Below, one piece after another: positions 54,650 to 63,856 of a stretch of 64,000 nucleotides of DNA. Source of the DNA: Dehalococcoidia bacterium (GTDB lineage Bacteria > Chloroflexota > Dehalococcoidia > Lucifugimonadales > UBA3495); assembly GCA_034428795.1 (NCBI GenBank), contig DAOUHF010000146.1, positions 7,197 through 71,196 of the forward strand. Reading direction: 5' to 3'. The notes beneath the pieces are model-generated. The model was not told the origin of the DNA and did not search any database. It saw only the letters and a list, made by a program, of their open reading frames with translations. A program made the position numbers and the translations under genes. Numbering within the stretch: the first letter of the stretch is position 1; every line of letters begins with the position of its first letter.

Positions 54650-55036
54650 ATGACAACGAATCGGGATACAGCAGTGGAAGACCACGTCAGTACGGCTCTT
54701 CGATTCTTGGAGCATTCCGACCGGGAGTTTGCCGCTGGAGACTCCTTGCAGGGCTCCGAGAAGATATGGGGCGCGGTCTCCCACGCGGTGATGGCGGTCG
54801 CCATGCAACGGGGCTGGGACTTCGGTAAGTATTCCGCTCGTAAAGTGGCCGTAGACCGGTTGGCGGCTGAATATGGTGAACCCAACCTGCGTGAAGAGTT
54901 CTTCGCCGCTCAGCAATTCCACGCCAACTTCTATCACGATTTCATGGAGGATGATGATTTTGACTGGGGCCGGCCGGTGGTTCACCGTTTCGTTCACCGC
55001 TTGGTGCGTTTGGTGGAGCCGACGAATCAAGCATAG
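54650..55036 (+). CDS. PaREP1-like (HEPN-fold-like) helical protein
   Basis: SEKIWGAVSHAVMAVAMQRGW...AQQFHANFYHDF resembles the archaeal PaREP1 family pattern (aseKlW.A......A.A..rG.....H...LH.nFY) as I recall it. Confidence 0.45.
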   Translation: MTTNRDTAVEDHVSTALRFLEHSDREFAAGDSLQGSEKIWGAVSHAVMAVAMQRGWDFGKYSARKVAVDRLAAEYGEPNLREEFFAAQQFHANFYHDFMEDDDFDWGRPVVHRFVHRLVRLVEPTNQA

Positions 55037-55064
55037 GACATGCCGTGGGTAATCTACAAGAATA

Positions 55065-55103
55065 ACGGCCCGGAGCGGCGCTAGCGCCGCTCCGGGCCGT
55101 TTG
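55065..55103. terminator. Bidirectional terminator-like perfect hairpin (17-bp arms)
   Basis: ACGGCCCGGAGCGGCGC-TA-GCGCCGCTCCGGGCCGT followed by TT. It lies between the convergent PaREP1-like gene and groEL. Confidence 0.6.
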
Positions 55104-55124
55104 GGCGTTCGGGGTGCTGCTTGC

Positions 55125-56750
55125 CTAGTCGTGCATGAAGTCTTGCATGTCGGCGGGCAACGGCTTTTCCTCGGGGATTTCGGTGATCAGCGCTTCGGTG
55201 GTCAGCATCATCCCGGCAATGCTGCCCGCGTTTTCCAACGCGGAGCGAGTCACCTTCACTGGGTCGATGATTCCGGCCTGGATGAGGTGGGTGAATTCGC
55301 CGCGATCGGCGTCGAACCCCCAGTCCCCCTCGCTGGAACGGATCGTCTCGGCGATAACCGGGCCATCGAAGCCGGAGTTCTCCACTATCAGGTACAGAGG
55401 TGAGGACAAGGCGTGTTGCACCAACTGCGCTCCGACGGCTTCTTCGCCTTCCAATGAATCGATCAGGGCGTCCAAGGAGCGGCCGGCCCGTATCAGGGCC
55501 ACTCCGCCGCCGGGTACGATGCCCTCTTCTATGGCGGCCCTGGTGGCTGACAGGGCGTCCTCCGTGCGGGACTTGCGCTCGTTGACCTCGGGCTCGGTGG
55601 CCCCGCCCACCTTCACTACCGCGACACCGCCCACCAGCGCGGCCATGCGTTCCTGGAGCTTCTCCCGGTCGTAATCGGACTTCGTTTCCTCTATCTGCAC
55701 CCGCAATTGCTCCAAACGGTCCTTGACCCCAGCCTCGGGGCCGTGGCCCTCGATGATGGTAGACTCGTCCTTGGTGGCCACCAAGCGGCGGGCGGTGCCC
55801 AGGTGGGAAATCTCTGCCGCGTCTAACTTGAGGCCGCGATCGGCGCTGACGACGGTGCCGCCGGTAACGATGGCCATGTCTTCCAGCAGGGCCTTACGGC
55901 GTTCGCCGAACCCAGGGGCCTTGATGGCCACGCAATCGATGGTGCCCCTCAGCTTGTTGACCACCAGGGTTGAGAGGGCCTCCCCGTCGACGTCTTCGGC
56001 AATGATCACCAACGACCGTTTGCTGGCCTGGAGCATTTTCTCCATGATGCCCACGATGTCGTTCGGTGAAGTTACCTTCTGGTCGGTGATTAGGAAGGAA
56101 GGGCTGTCGATGGCCACTTCCATTCGTTGGGTGTCGGTCACGAAGTGGGGTGAGAGATACCCTCTGTCGATGCGTACACCTTCGACGAACTCCAGTTCGT
56201 CGGTCAGGACTTTGGACTCCTCGATGGTGACCACGCCGTCGCGGCCCACCTTGTCCAAGGCATCGGCCAACTGCTGGGCGATGGCCTCCTCGTGGGCGGA
56301 AAGGGCGGCTACCCGGGCGATCTGCTCCCGGTTTTCCACCGGAACCGCCATGGCCTTCAACTCTTTCACCACGTTTGCCACTGCGGCATCGATGCCGGTG
56401 CGCAGGCTCATTCCGTTGGCTCCGGCGGCCACGTTCCTGAAACCTTCCCGGACGATTGCAGCGGTCAGGACCACTGAGGTGGTAGTGCCGTCGCCAACGG
56501 CGTCGTTGGTCTTCGAGGCGGCTTCCTTCACCAACTGGGCGCCCAGGTTCTCGTAGGGGTCCGCCAGCTCCACCTCTTTGGCGATCGTTACGCCGTCGCT
56601 GCAGACCACCGGGTTCCCAAACATGCGGCTCAACATAACGTTGCGGCCGCTGGGTCCGAGGGTGAGTCCAACCACACGGCGAAGTTGGCCTACGCCGCGC
56701 AACAGGCTTACCCGAGCGGATTCGTCGAAACTTAGCTGCTTGTCGGCCAT
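55125..56750 (-). CDS. groEL: Chaperonin GroEL (no adjacent groES)
   Basis: AVGDGTTTSVVLTAAI, GGVAVVKVGGATE and VPGGGVAL. Full-length 541 aa. Confidence 0.96.
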   Translation of the reverse strand: MADKQLSFDESARVSLLRGVGQLRRVVGLTLGPSGRNVMLSRMFGNPVVCSDGVTIAKEVELADPYENLGAQLVKEAASKTNDAVGDGTTTSVVLTAAIVREGFRNVAAGANGMSLRTGIDAAVANVVKELKAMAVPVENREQIARVAALSAHEEAIAQQLADALDKVGRDGVVTIEESKVLTDELEFVEGVRIDRGYLSPHFVTDTQRMEVAIDSPSFLITDQKVTSPNDIVGIMEKMLQASKRSLVIIAEDVDGEALSTLVVNKLRGTIDCVAIKAPGFGERRKALLEDMAIVTGGTVVSADRGLKLDAAEISHLGTARRLVATKDESTIIEGHGPEAGVKDRLEQLRVQIEETKSDYDREKLQERMAALVGGVAVVKVGGATEPEVNERKSRTEDALSATRAAIEEGIVPGGGVALIRAGRSLDALIDSLEGEEAVGAQLVQHALSSPLYLIVENSGFDGPVIAETIRSSEGDWGFDADRGEFTHLIQAGIIDPVKVTRSALENAGSIAGMMLTTEALITEIPEEKPLPADMQDFMHD

Positions 56751-56896
56751 TGTTGGCTCCTTACGATGTGTTCGTCTATGCCATCGTGAAACCCGGTCCT
56801 GTCCCGTGGGTTTTCACACTTTACGGCAGGTTAAAATATGCGGCAGTCTCGCCGGATTGTCAACCGGAGGGTGGTGACTGCTAATCCGGGGGCCGT

Positions 56897-57418
56897 TTAA
56901 CTTCGGGACAAGTATGCGCCGGGTATCTCCAGGCGTCTGACGCCCTCCTTTCCCTCGGTCCTCTCCGCAAGCCCGCCTACGGTGTCCGCCAGCAACGGGT
57001 GTTTGAACGCCGGGGCTAACTCCGCCAACGGGACCAGGACGAATGCCCTGAGGTGGAGCCTGGGGTGGGGTATCTGCAGGTCCGGCTCCTCCACGGTCAA
57101 GTCGCCGTAAAGAAGAATGTCCACGTCCGCCACCCTCGGACCGTAGCGCGGTCCCGGTTTCCGGCCAATGGCTGCTTCGACCTCCTTGGCCTTTTGCAGC
57201 AAGCCCAGGGGGGGCAACGACGTGGTTACCTCTACGGCGCAGTTGAGGAACTTGGGCTGGCGGGCCAGTCCCCAGGGTTCGGTCTCGTAGATGCGGGATG
57301 CCCTGCTGACGCTGACGCCTTCTTGGGGCCGGTCCAGCAGTTCCAAGGTGTCCGCCAGGTTTCTGAGGCGGTCTCCCAGGTTCGACCCCAGACCCAGGTA
57401 GGCTGTTACGCTGTTCAC
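56897..57418 (-). CDS. folK: 2-amino-4-hydroxy-6-hydroxymethyldihydropteridine diphosphokinase
   Basis: AYLGLGSNLGD, SRIYETEPWG..QP.FLN, RPGPRYGPRVADVDILLY and IPHPRLHLRAFVL. Confidence 0.88.
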   Translation of the reverse strand: MNSVTAYLGLGSNLGDRLRNLADTLELLDRPQEGVSVSRASRIYETEPWGLARQPKFLNCAVEVTTSLPPLGLLQKAKEVEAAIGRKPGPRYGPRVADVDILLYGDLTVEEPDLQIPHPRLHLRAFVLVPLAELAPAFKHPLLADTVGGLAERTEGKEGVRRLEIPGAYLSRS

Positions 57419-58272
57419 CCCGTGCCTTTCCAGTTTGCGGGGCGCCAGCCGCGGACAACGGCGTCGCTCACCCGGCAGACCCGCGCCATTTCTTTCACGT
57501 CGTGGACCCGTACGATGTCCGCCCCGCCAGCGATGGCCAAGGCCACGGTGGCGGCGGTGGCTTCCATCCGCTGCTCCGGCGGCAGGTCCAGCAGCAGCCC
57601 GAGCGTCGACTTTCGGGAGGTGCCCACCAGCAGGGGATATCCCAGTGCTTTCAACCGGTCCAGCTTTTTCAGGACCTGGAGGTTCTGATCGGCAGTCTTC
57701 CCGAAACCGATGCCGGGGTCAACGACCAGATTCGACTCCGCGACGCCGGACTCGAGGGCATGGTTGACGCTGTCCCGCAAGGCTTGCACCACTTCCGGCA
57801 CCAGATCGGCATAGCGGGTCCCATTCTGGTTGTGCATCAACACCAGTCCCGCTCCGGCCTCGGCAGCGACTCTTGCCAAGTCCGGATCGGCTCGCAACCC
57901 CCAAACGTCGTTGACGATTCGAGCCCCGGATTCAAGGGCGGCGCGGGCCACCGGGGCCTTGTAAGTATCCACGCTGATGGGAATGTGGACGGCGGCGGCC
58001 ACCGCCGCCAACGCGGGCAGCAGCCGGTCCAATTCCTCGTCGGCCGAGACTGGCTGGTGTCCGGGACGGGTCGACTCCGCCCCCAGGTCCAGAATATCGG
58101 CGCCGTCCTCCTCGAACCGGAGGGCCAGATCGACTACAGCCGGAACGTCGTCCGCCAGGCCATCACCGGAGAAGGAGTCCGGCGTTACGTTTATGATTCC
58201 CATCACGTAGGTCCGCCGGCCCCAGGTCAGCCGCTCGCGGTTGGCCACGTATAGGGCGTCAAAGACGTTCAT
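57415..58272 (-). CDS. folP: Dihydropteroate synthase
   Basis: VMGIINVTPDSFSGDG, GADILDLGAESTRPG, IVNDV and RVHDV. Confidence 0.92.
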   Translation of the reverse strand: MNVFDALYVANRERLTWGRRTYVMGIINVTPDSFSGDGLADDVPAVVDLALRFEEDGADILDLGAESTRPGHQPVSADEELDRLLPALAAVAAAVHIPISVDTYKAPVARAALESGARIVNDVWGLRADPDLARVAAEAGAGLVLMHNQNGTRYADLVPEVVQALRDSVNHALESGVAESNLVVDPGIGFGKTADQNLQVLKKLDRLKALGYPLLVGTSRKSTLGLLLDLPPEQRMEATAATVALAIAGGADIVRVHDVKEMARVCRVSDAVVRGWRPANWKGTG

Positions 58273-58303
58273 AGCGCTTATATTCTAGCAGGCACGGTAT
58301 TCA

Positions 58304-58332
58304 TTGAACGGCAAAAAGAGGTCTGCTAGGAT
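58304..58332 (+). promoter_or_regulatory. Candidate promoter of the carboxyltransferase gene
   Basis: TTGAAC (58304-58309), a 17-nt spacer, then TAGGAT (58327-58332). Confidence 0.4.
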
Positions 58333-58357
58333 GGGCTCACGAAAAGCACGAGTTGAA

Positions 58358-58389
58358 ACGCATCTCCGATTTCCAGGCCGGAGATGCGT
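58358..58389 (+). promoter_or_regulatory. Perfect 11-bp stem hairpin in the 5' leader
   Basis: ACGCATCTCCG (58358-58368), a 10-nt loop, then CGGAGATGCGT (58379-58389). No U-run follows. Confidence 0.4.
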
Positions 58390-58442
58390 CCTCGACGAGT
58401 CCTTAGGACCAGGGCGAGGAATACGGACCCGTTCCGGTTTCC

Positions 58443-60020
58443 TTGGGGGTGTTGGTGACTGCGGAAAAGAAAAAGATCGACGAACAAATCGAAGTCCTTG
58501 AGTCCCTGCGCCAATCGGCCCATCAGGGCGGCGGGCAGGACCGGATAGACCAACAACACAGCCGGGGCAAGCTCACCGCCCGGGAGCGGCTGGCCCTTTT
58601 GATGGACGAAGGCACCTTCCAGGAGTTGGACCCTTTCGTCACCCACCGGATTACCGATTTCGGGCTGGCCGACCGGAAGGTCCTGGGCGACGCGGTAGTC
58701 ACCGGTTACGGCAAGGTGGAGGGACGGCAGGTATTTGCCTTCGCTCAAGACTTCACTGTGATGGGCGGCTCCCTGTCTGAGGCGGTCAGCCAGAAGATTT
58801 GCAAGGTGATGGACCTGTCGGCCAAGGTAGGCTGCCCGGTGATTGGACTAAACGACTCCGGCGGCGCACGCATTCAGGAAGGCGCCCTCAGCTTGGCCGC
58901 CTACGGCGACATATTCCTGCGGAACACCCTGTATTCGGGAGTCGTCCCCCAGATATCCGTTATCGTGGGACCCTCGGCCGGCGGTGCGGTATACTCACCA
59001 GCGATCACCGACTTCATTTTCATGGTCAAGGGGACTGGCCAGATGTACATCACCGGTCCCGACGTAATTAAAGCGGTGACCGGCGAGGAGGTGACCCACG
59101 AGGAGTTGGGCGGCGCGGAGCCTCACGCCACCCGCAGCGGCGTCGCCCACTTTGTCTGCGAGACTGAAGAGGAGTGCATCACCGACGTTCGCCACCTCCT
59201 CAGCTTTCTACCCAGCAACAACGTGGACGACCCGCCTCTGGAATCAAGCGGTGACATTCCCGACCGGCGGATCCCCGACCTGCGGTATATCGTGCCGGGA
59301 GACTCCAACCTGCCCTATGACATTCGGGACGTTATCTACCAAGTGGTGGACCAAGAGGAATTCATGGAGGTTCATCAGACTTTCGCCCCCAACGTGGTCG
59401 TGGGCTTCGCCAGGCTTGATGGCAAGCCGGTGGGAGTGATCGGCAACCAGCCGGCATACTTGGCCGGCGTGCTGGATATCGACGCCTCGGCCAAGGCCGC
59501 CCGGTTCGTCCGCTTCTGCGACTGTTTCAACATTCCGTTGGTTACCTTCGTAGACGTACCAGGTTTCATGCCGGGTGTGGACCAAGAGTACGGCGGCATA
59601 ATCCGCCACGGTTCCAAGCTAATCTTTGCGTTCGCCGAAGCCACCGTGCCCAAGATTGCAGTGATCACGCGGAAGGCCTACGGCGGGGCCTATATCGTGA
59701 TGAGCTCCAAGCACCTGCGCTCCGATATCAACCTGGCCTGGCCCTCGGCCGAGATCGCGGTGATGGGCGCCGATGGCGCGGTCAACATCATCTACCGCGA
59801 TGAGATCCGGAGGTCGGAAAATCCGGAACAGACCAGGCGGGAACTCATTGCCGACTACAAAGAGAAGTTCACCACGCCCTACATCGCAGCCAGCCGCGGC
59901 TACCTGGATGACGTCATAGACCCCGCCGATACCAGGGTGGAACTTATCAAGGCCCTGGATATGCTGCAGAACAAACGCGACACCCTGCCGTTCAAGAAAC
60001 ACGGCAACATCCCGCTGTAA
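58443..60020 (+). CDS. Acyl-CoA carboxylase carboxyltransferase (beta) subunit, propionyl/methylmalonyl-CoA type
   Basis: [47 protein letters not shown] and [21 protein letters not shown]. Confidence 0.9.
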   Translation: MGVLVTAEKKKIDEQIEVLESLRQSAHQGGGQDRIDQQHSRGKLTARERLALLMDEGTFQELDPFVTHRITDFGLADRKVLGDAVVTGYGKVEGRQVFAFAQDFTVMGGSLSEAVSQKICKVMDLSAKVGCPVIGLNDSGGARIQEGALSLAAYGDIFLRNTLYSGVVPQISVIVGPSAGGAVYSPAITDFIFMVKGTGQMYITGPDVIKAVTGEEVTHEELGGAEPHATRSGVAHFVCETEEECITDVRHLLSFLPSNNVDDPPLESSGDIPDRRIPDLRYIVPGDSNLPYDIRDVIYQVVDQEEFMEVHQTFAPNVVVGFARLDGKPVGVIGNQPAYLAGVLDIDASAKAARFVRFCDCFNIPLVTFVDVPGFMPGVDQEYGGIIRHGSKLIFAFAEATVPKIAVITRKAYGGAYIVMSSKHLRSDINLAWPSAEIAVMGADGAVNIIYRDEIRRSENPEQTRRELIADYKEKFTTPYIAASRGYLDDVIDPADTRVELIKALDMLQNKRDTLPFKKHGNIPL

Positions 60021-60093
60021 TGGCGGGGCCTGTGGGAGCGTTTCATGAACCGCTCCCATGAACCGCTCCTACAATGATCAGAGGAGTAATTGA

Positions 60094-61098
60094 ATGAACT
60101 TCGGCGTGTTCTACCAGATGCCTTGCGCCCCTCATCAGAAAACGGCCGACCGCTATCGGGAGACCATAGACCAGGTACGGCTGGCCGACCAATTGGGCTT
60201 CGACTCCGCCTGGTTGGCCGAGCTGCACTTCAACCCGCGGTTCTCGGTAATGTCCGCGCCGTTGATGGTCGCATCCGCCATCGCCGAGACCACCTCCAAC
60301 ATCAAAATCGGCACCGCCGTACACCTCATGCCCCTTCATAACCCGGTCCGCTTGGCCGAAGAGGCTGCGACGTTGGATGTCCTCTCCGGCGGCAGGTCAA
60401 TATTCGGAATCGGCCGCGGCGCCATCCCCACCCATTTCCAGGGATACGGCGTCGACCAAGAGGAGGCCCGGGGCCGTTTCTTGGAAGGATTGGAGATGGT
60501 GTTGGGAATGTGGGCCAGCGATGAGTATTCCTACCGGGGAAAGTACTATCAAGCGGACGGAATCACCATCGCCCCCCGGCCGCTGCAGGAACCCCACCCG
60601 CCGGTGTACATTGCTTCCAACAGCCCGGATACCTTCGAAATCGTCGGCCAGTTGGGACACAACATTCTGGTGGCGCCCACTATTGTTACGGCCCAGGGGG
60701 CCATCGACGGGCTGGCTTCGTACCGGAGTGAGCTTGCCAAGAGCGGCCACGACGCCTCCAAACTCAACGTCAACGTGACCGCTCACGTGAATGTCGCCAG
60801 GTCCGAACAGGAGGCCCGGCAGGGTTTCGAGCGGACCATCAACAACTATCTGGGCTCCCTGCGCAGCGGTTCGGGACGCGGCTCGTCCCGGGCCCAGACC
60901 CTGGACTACGAAACAGTGGTGGACGAATTCGCCGCTGTCGGCACGCCGGAGCAGGTCGCGGAAAAGCTGCACAAGTTCCGGTCTATGTACGACCCCGACG
61001 GGTTCATCTGCTGGTTCAACACCGGCGGCATGCTGACCCAAGAAGAAGTAGTCGAGTCTATGGAATTGTTTGCCAGCGAGGTAATGCCCGAATTTTAG
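60094..61098 (+). CDS. LLM-class flavin-dependent oxidoreductase
   Basis: GFDSAWLAELHF, LDVLSGGRSIFGIGRG. Luciferase-like TIM-barrel pattern. Confidence 0.8.
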   Translation: MNFGVFYQMPCAPHQKTADRYRETIDQVRLADQLGFDSAWLAELHFNPRFSVMSAPLMVASAIAETTSNIKIGTAVHLMPLHNPVRLAEEAATLDVLSGGRSIFGIGRGAIPTHFQGYGVDQEEARGRFLEGLEMVLGMWASDEYSYRGKYYQADGITIAPRPLQEPHPPVYIASNSPDTFEIVGQLGHNILVAPTIVTAQGAIDGLASYRSELAKSGHDASKLNVNVTAHVNVARSEQEARQGFERTINNYLGSLRSGSGRGSSRAQTLDYETVVDEFAAVGTPEQVAEKLHKFRSMYDPDGFICWFNTGGMLTQEEVVESMELFASEVMPEF

Positions 61099-61106
61099 GG
61101 GGAGGG

Positions 61107-62495
61107 GTGGCCGTGGCCTCATTAGATGGCGCTCAGGCCGCGAGGCCGGGGGAGTCGCTCTTCGAACACCAACGGCGGGTGCAGGCCGAGCGGGACGCCC
61201 CTTTGGCGGAACGAATGCGGCCCCGGAAGTTCGAAGAGTTCGTGGGCCAAGAGCAGACGGTCGGGCGCGACCGGGTGCTGCTCCGGTCGATCGCCGCCGG
61301 AAGGCTACCGTCGTTCATCCTCTGGGGGCCGCCCGGCACCGGAAAGACAACCTTGGCCCGGCTCGTCTCGACGGTCACCGAGGCCGCTTTCGAGCCGGTG
61401 AGCGCCGTCACCTCCGGCGTGGCCGACCTGAGGCGCATCGTGGCCGAAGCCCGGGAACGCCAGGGAATGCACCAGCAGTCGACCATCCTGTTCGTCGACG
61501 AGATCCACCGGTTCAACAAGGCCCAGCAGGACGTCATCCTGCCCCATGTCGAGAACGGGACCATCACCTTCATCGGCGCCACTACCGAGAACCCCTCCTT
61601 CGAAGTCATCGCGCCCCTGCTCTCCCGCAGCCGGGTATTCGCGCTGCAGAGCCTCACGCCCGTGGAGGTGGAGACGATCGTCCACCGTGCCGTCAGTGAC
61701 CGCGGGCGCGGGCTGGGCGAGATGAATGTCATCATCGACCAGGATGCGCTGGAGCACTTGGTCAACATCTCCAACGGCGACGCCAGGGTTGCCTTGAACG
61801 CCCTGGAGACCGCCGCCTATGCCACTGCGCCGGAAGCGGACGGCGGCGGCCGCAGCATCGATCTCGACACCATTGCCGACGCTCTCCAGCGCCGCTCTCC
61901 CATTTACGACAAAGCTGGCGAAGGGCATTACGACACCATCTCCGCCTTCATCAAATCAGTTCGCGGCTCGTCGCCCGACGGAGCCCTGTACTGGTTGGCC
62001 CGGATGATCGAGTCTGGGGAGGACCCTCTGTTCATTGTCCGTCGGCTGGTAGTGCTGGCCGCCGAGGACATCGGGCTGGCCGAACCCCAGGCCCTGCCGG
62101 TCGCGATGGCCGCCCAACAGGCTGTGCATTTCCTGGGAATGCCGGAAGGCCGCATTCCGTTGGCCGAGGCCACGGTCTATCTGGCTGCCTGCCCCAAGAG
62201 CAACTCGGCCTACATGGCCTTGGAGAAGGCCCTGGACGACGTTAGGAAGATGCCCAACGACCCGGTGCCGCTCCACCTGCGTAACGCCGTCACCGGGCTG
62301 ATGCGGCAGATGGGGTACGGCAAAGACTACAGGTACTCTCACGACTACGAAGGCCACTTCGTTGACCAAGACTTCCTGCCCCCCACTCTCAAAAACCGCC
62401 GCTACTACCACCCCGGCCAAGAAGGCGCTGAAAAGCAGATCGCCGACCGGTTGGAGGGCTGGTGGGGGTCCGGCGGCGCCGGCGCCGTCGAATAG
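61107..62495 (+). CDS. rarA: Replication-associated recombination protein A
   Basis: RPRKFEEFVGQEQ, LWGPPGTGKTTLA, LFVDEIHRFNKAQQD, ISNGDAR and YDTISAFIKSVRGSSPDGALYWLARM. Confidence 0.92.
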   Translation: MAVASLDGAQAARPGESLFEHQRRVQAERDAPLAERMRPRKFEEFVGQEQTVGRDRVLLRSIAAGRLPSFILWGPPGTGKTTLARLVSTVTEAAFEPVSAVTSGVADLRRIVAEARERQGMHQQSTILFVDEIHRFNKAQQDVILPHVENGTITFIGATTENPSFEVIAPLLSRSRVFALQSLTPVEVETIVHRAVSDRGRGLGEMNVIIDQDALEHLVNISNGDARVALNALETAAYATAPEADGGGRSIDLDTIADALQRRSPIYDKAGEGHYDTISAFIKSVRGSSPDGALYWLARMIESGEDPLFIVRRLVVLAAEDIGLAEPQALPVAMAAQQAVHFLGMPEGRIPLAEATVYLAACPKSNSAYMALEKALDDVRKMPNDPVPLHLRNAVTGLMRQMGYGKDYRYSHDYEGHFVDQDFLPPTLKNRRYYHPGQEGAEKQIADRLEGWWGSGGAGAVE

Positions 62496-62527
62496 TATCG
62501 CGTTTCGGCTCAGGTATAATGGGTTGC

Positions 62528-62887
62528 ATGGCTAAGACAACTACGACAAAAACTCCGATTGTGTGGGAAACCAGGCAGTCCGAGGCCAACCGGCTCCTCG
62601 GGGACGAAGGACGGCCGTTGCTCGACGACCTGCTAGGCCATACGCAGGCGATTGCCGCCAAACGCCGGTGGCCGCTCCTAAGGATCAAAGTCGACCACTA
62701 CGAAGACCCGGAAGTTGACTGGGAGTACATGCTGATAACCCTGGACTTCGACTGCCCCAGGACGAAAGCGCATAAACTTTGGGTCAATTACCTGAAGACC
62801 GTCACCGAAATAGAAAACGCCCTGGGAGACACAGCGAAGGAGATTCTGATTAAGAAAGTCCACTATGACTTCGAGAGCGACGAGTAG
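62528..62887 (+). CDS. Hypothetical protein (119 aa), upstream partner of the HEPN-like gene
   Basis: The ORF has no recognised motif. Its ATG lies 7 nt after a TATAAT (62515-62520), so the transcript may be leaderless. Overlaps the next gene by 23 nt. Confidence 0.5.
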   Translation: MAKTTTTKTPIVWETRQSEANRLLGDEGRPLLDDLLGHTQAIAAKRRWPLLRIKVDHYEDPEVDWEYMLITLDFDCPRTKAHKLWVNYLKTVTEIENALGDTAKEILIKKVHYDFESDE

Positions 62888-63260
62888 CTTCGGCGCTATA
62901 GAACCGTCCTCCTACTTGACGTTGGCCATAGAGTTGGCGACGTTCCAAGGCGGCGCCGCCGATCGGACAGCGGTGGACAGAGCCTATTATGCAGCGTTCC
63001 TGACGGCCAGGGACCAATTGACCGATAAAGGTTACGGTCAATTTACCAGGGAACCAGGCGCTCACACTCAAGTCGCCAGCGTGTTGAATGGGGTCTCAAA
63101 GGACGCTGCGGAAAGATTGATACGACTCAGGCGGGCGCGAAACCGTCTAACTTATCAGTCCGGGCCCCAAACCTTCCCCCGTGGGCAGTCTTTGACGGCG
63201 TTGCTTGCCTCAGCCCGTTCCGTGATCGAGGCGGTCGAAGAATTGCCAGCAAGGGGCTAG
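62865..63260 (+). CDS. HEPN-domain-like protein
   Basis: AVDRAYYAAFLTARDQLTDKGYGQFTREPGAHTQVASVL...LIRLRRARNRLTYQ follows the HEPN helix pattern (ay.A.e.alkAlL...G......H..l...l......L..lR..a.Y). It contains an R-x4-H (REPGAH). Confidence 0.55.
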   Translation: MTSRATSSFGAIEPSSYLTLAIELATFQGGAADRTAVDRAYYAAFLTARDQLTDKGYGQFTREPGAHTQVASVLNGVSKDAAERLIRLRRARNRLTYQSGPQTFPRGQSLTALLASARSVIEAVEELPARG

Positions 63261-63538
63261 TAATCACCGTTAGCGTCCCGCTCCGCTGAGGTCCGCCACC
63301 GCCGCCCCCGTAGCCGCGACCAAGTGCCCGGGCGTGATGATTATTTCTTCGCCCCAGACTCCGGTAGGGGACGCCCTGGTCGTCAAGGAATTTGTGCGCG
63401 GGCAGGTCCAACAAGCTACCGAACATCCCAACTACCGAACATCCAAATCGTCGAGGCGACGCCGCCGAATACCCAGTTGCTGTCCGCCTGGATGGCGACG
63501 TTGACTTCGATATTGGCCGGGGTTACGCACGGCCGGGC

Positions 63539-63817
63539 CTAGAAAATGCTGCCATCAAACGCGTGGTCTCGAATAATAGCGTAGACCACATGGCCGATGG
63601 CGATGGCCAAGGCCAGAGCGGCAATATACAGCGTCCGTTTCTGGAGGCGTTCGGATTCGGCCAAACGGCGATTAACCGATTCAACGGTGTCCCTGTCCAG
63701 ATAATCGGCGGCACCGCGCAGATCCTTAGCTACTATTCCCCGCCCAGTCTTGGAGCTCGCTACTTTGCTTGCCACAAAGAGCCCAACCTGCCTCAAGAAC
63801 ACTGCTGGCAACCGCAT
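63539..63817 (-). CDS. Hypothetical small protein with one C-terminal TM helix
   Basis: 92-aa ORF. Hydrophobic segment LYIAALALAIAIGHVVYAII. GGAGG lies upstream of the ATG. No homology recognised. Confidence 0.35.
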   Translation of the reverse strand: MRLPAVFLRQVGLFVASKVASSKTGRGIVAKDLRGAADYLDRDTVESVNRRLAESERLQKRTLYIAALALAIAIGHVVYAIIRDHAFDGSIF

Positions 63818-63823
63818 GAAACC

Positions 63824-63856
63824 TCCGATCAGCCTCCGATCAGCCTCCGGTCAGCC
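63824..63856. repeat. 11-bp tandem repeat, 3 copies
   Basis: TCCGATCAGCC, TCCGATCAGCC, TCCGGTCAGCC. On the minus strand each unit reads GGCTGA(T/C)CGGA, so each carries a TGA, and the junction with the next unit forms a GGAGG. Confidence 0.85.

Noticed and set aside
56840-56896. CIRCE (HrcA operator) upstream of groEL.
   Set aside because: Only one arm (TTAGCAGTC) is close to the consensus TTAGCACTC. The second arm is degenerate and at the wrong spacing (27 nt versus 9 nt).
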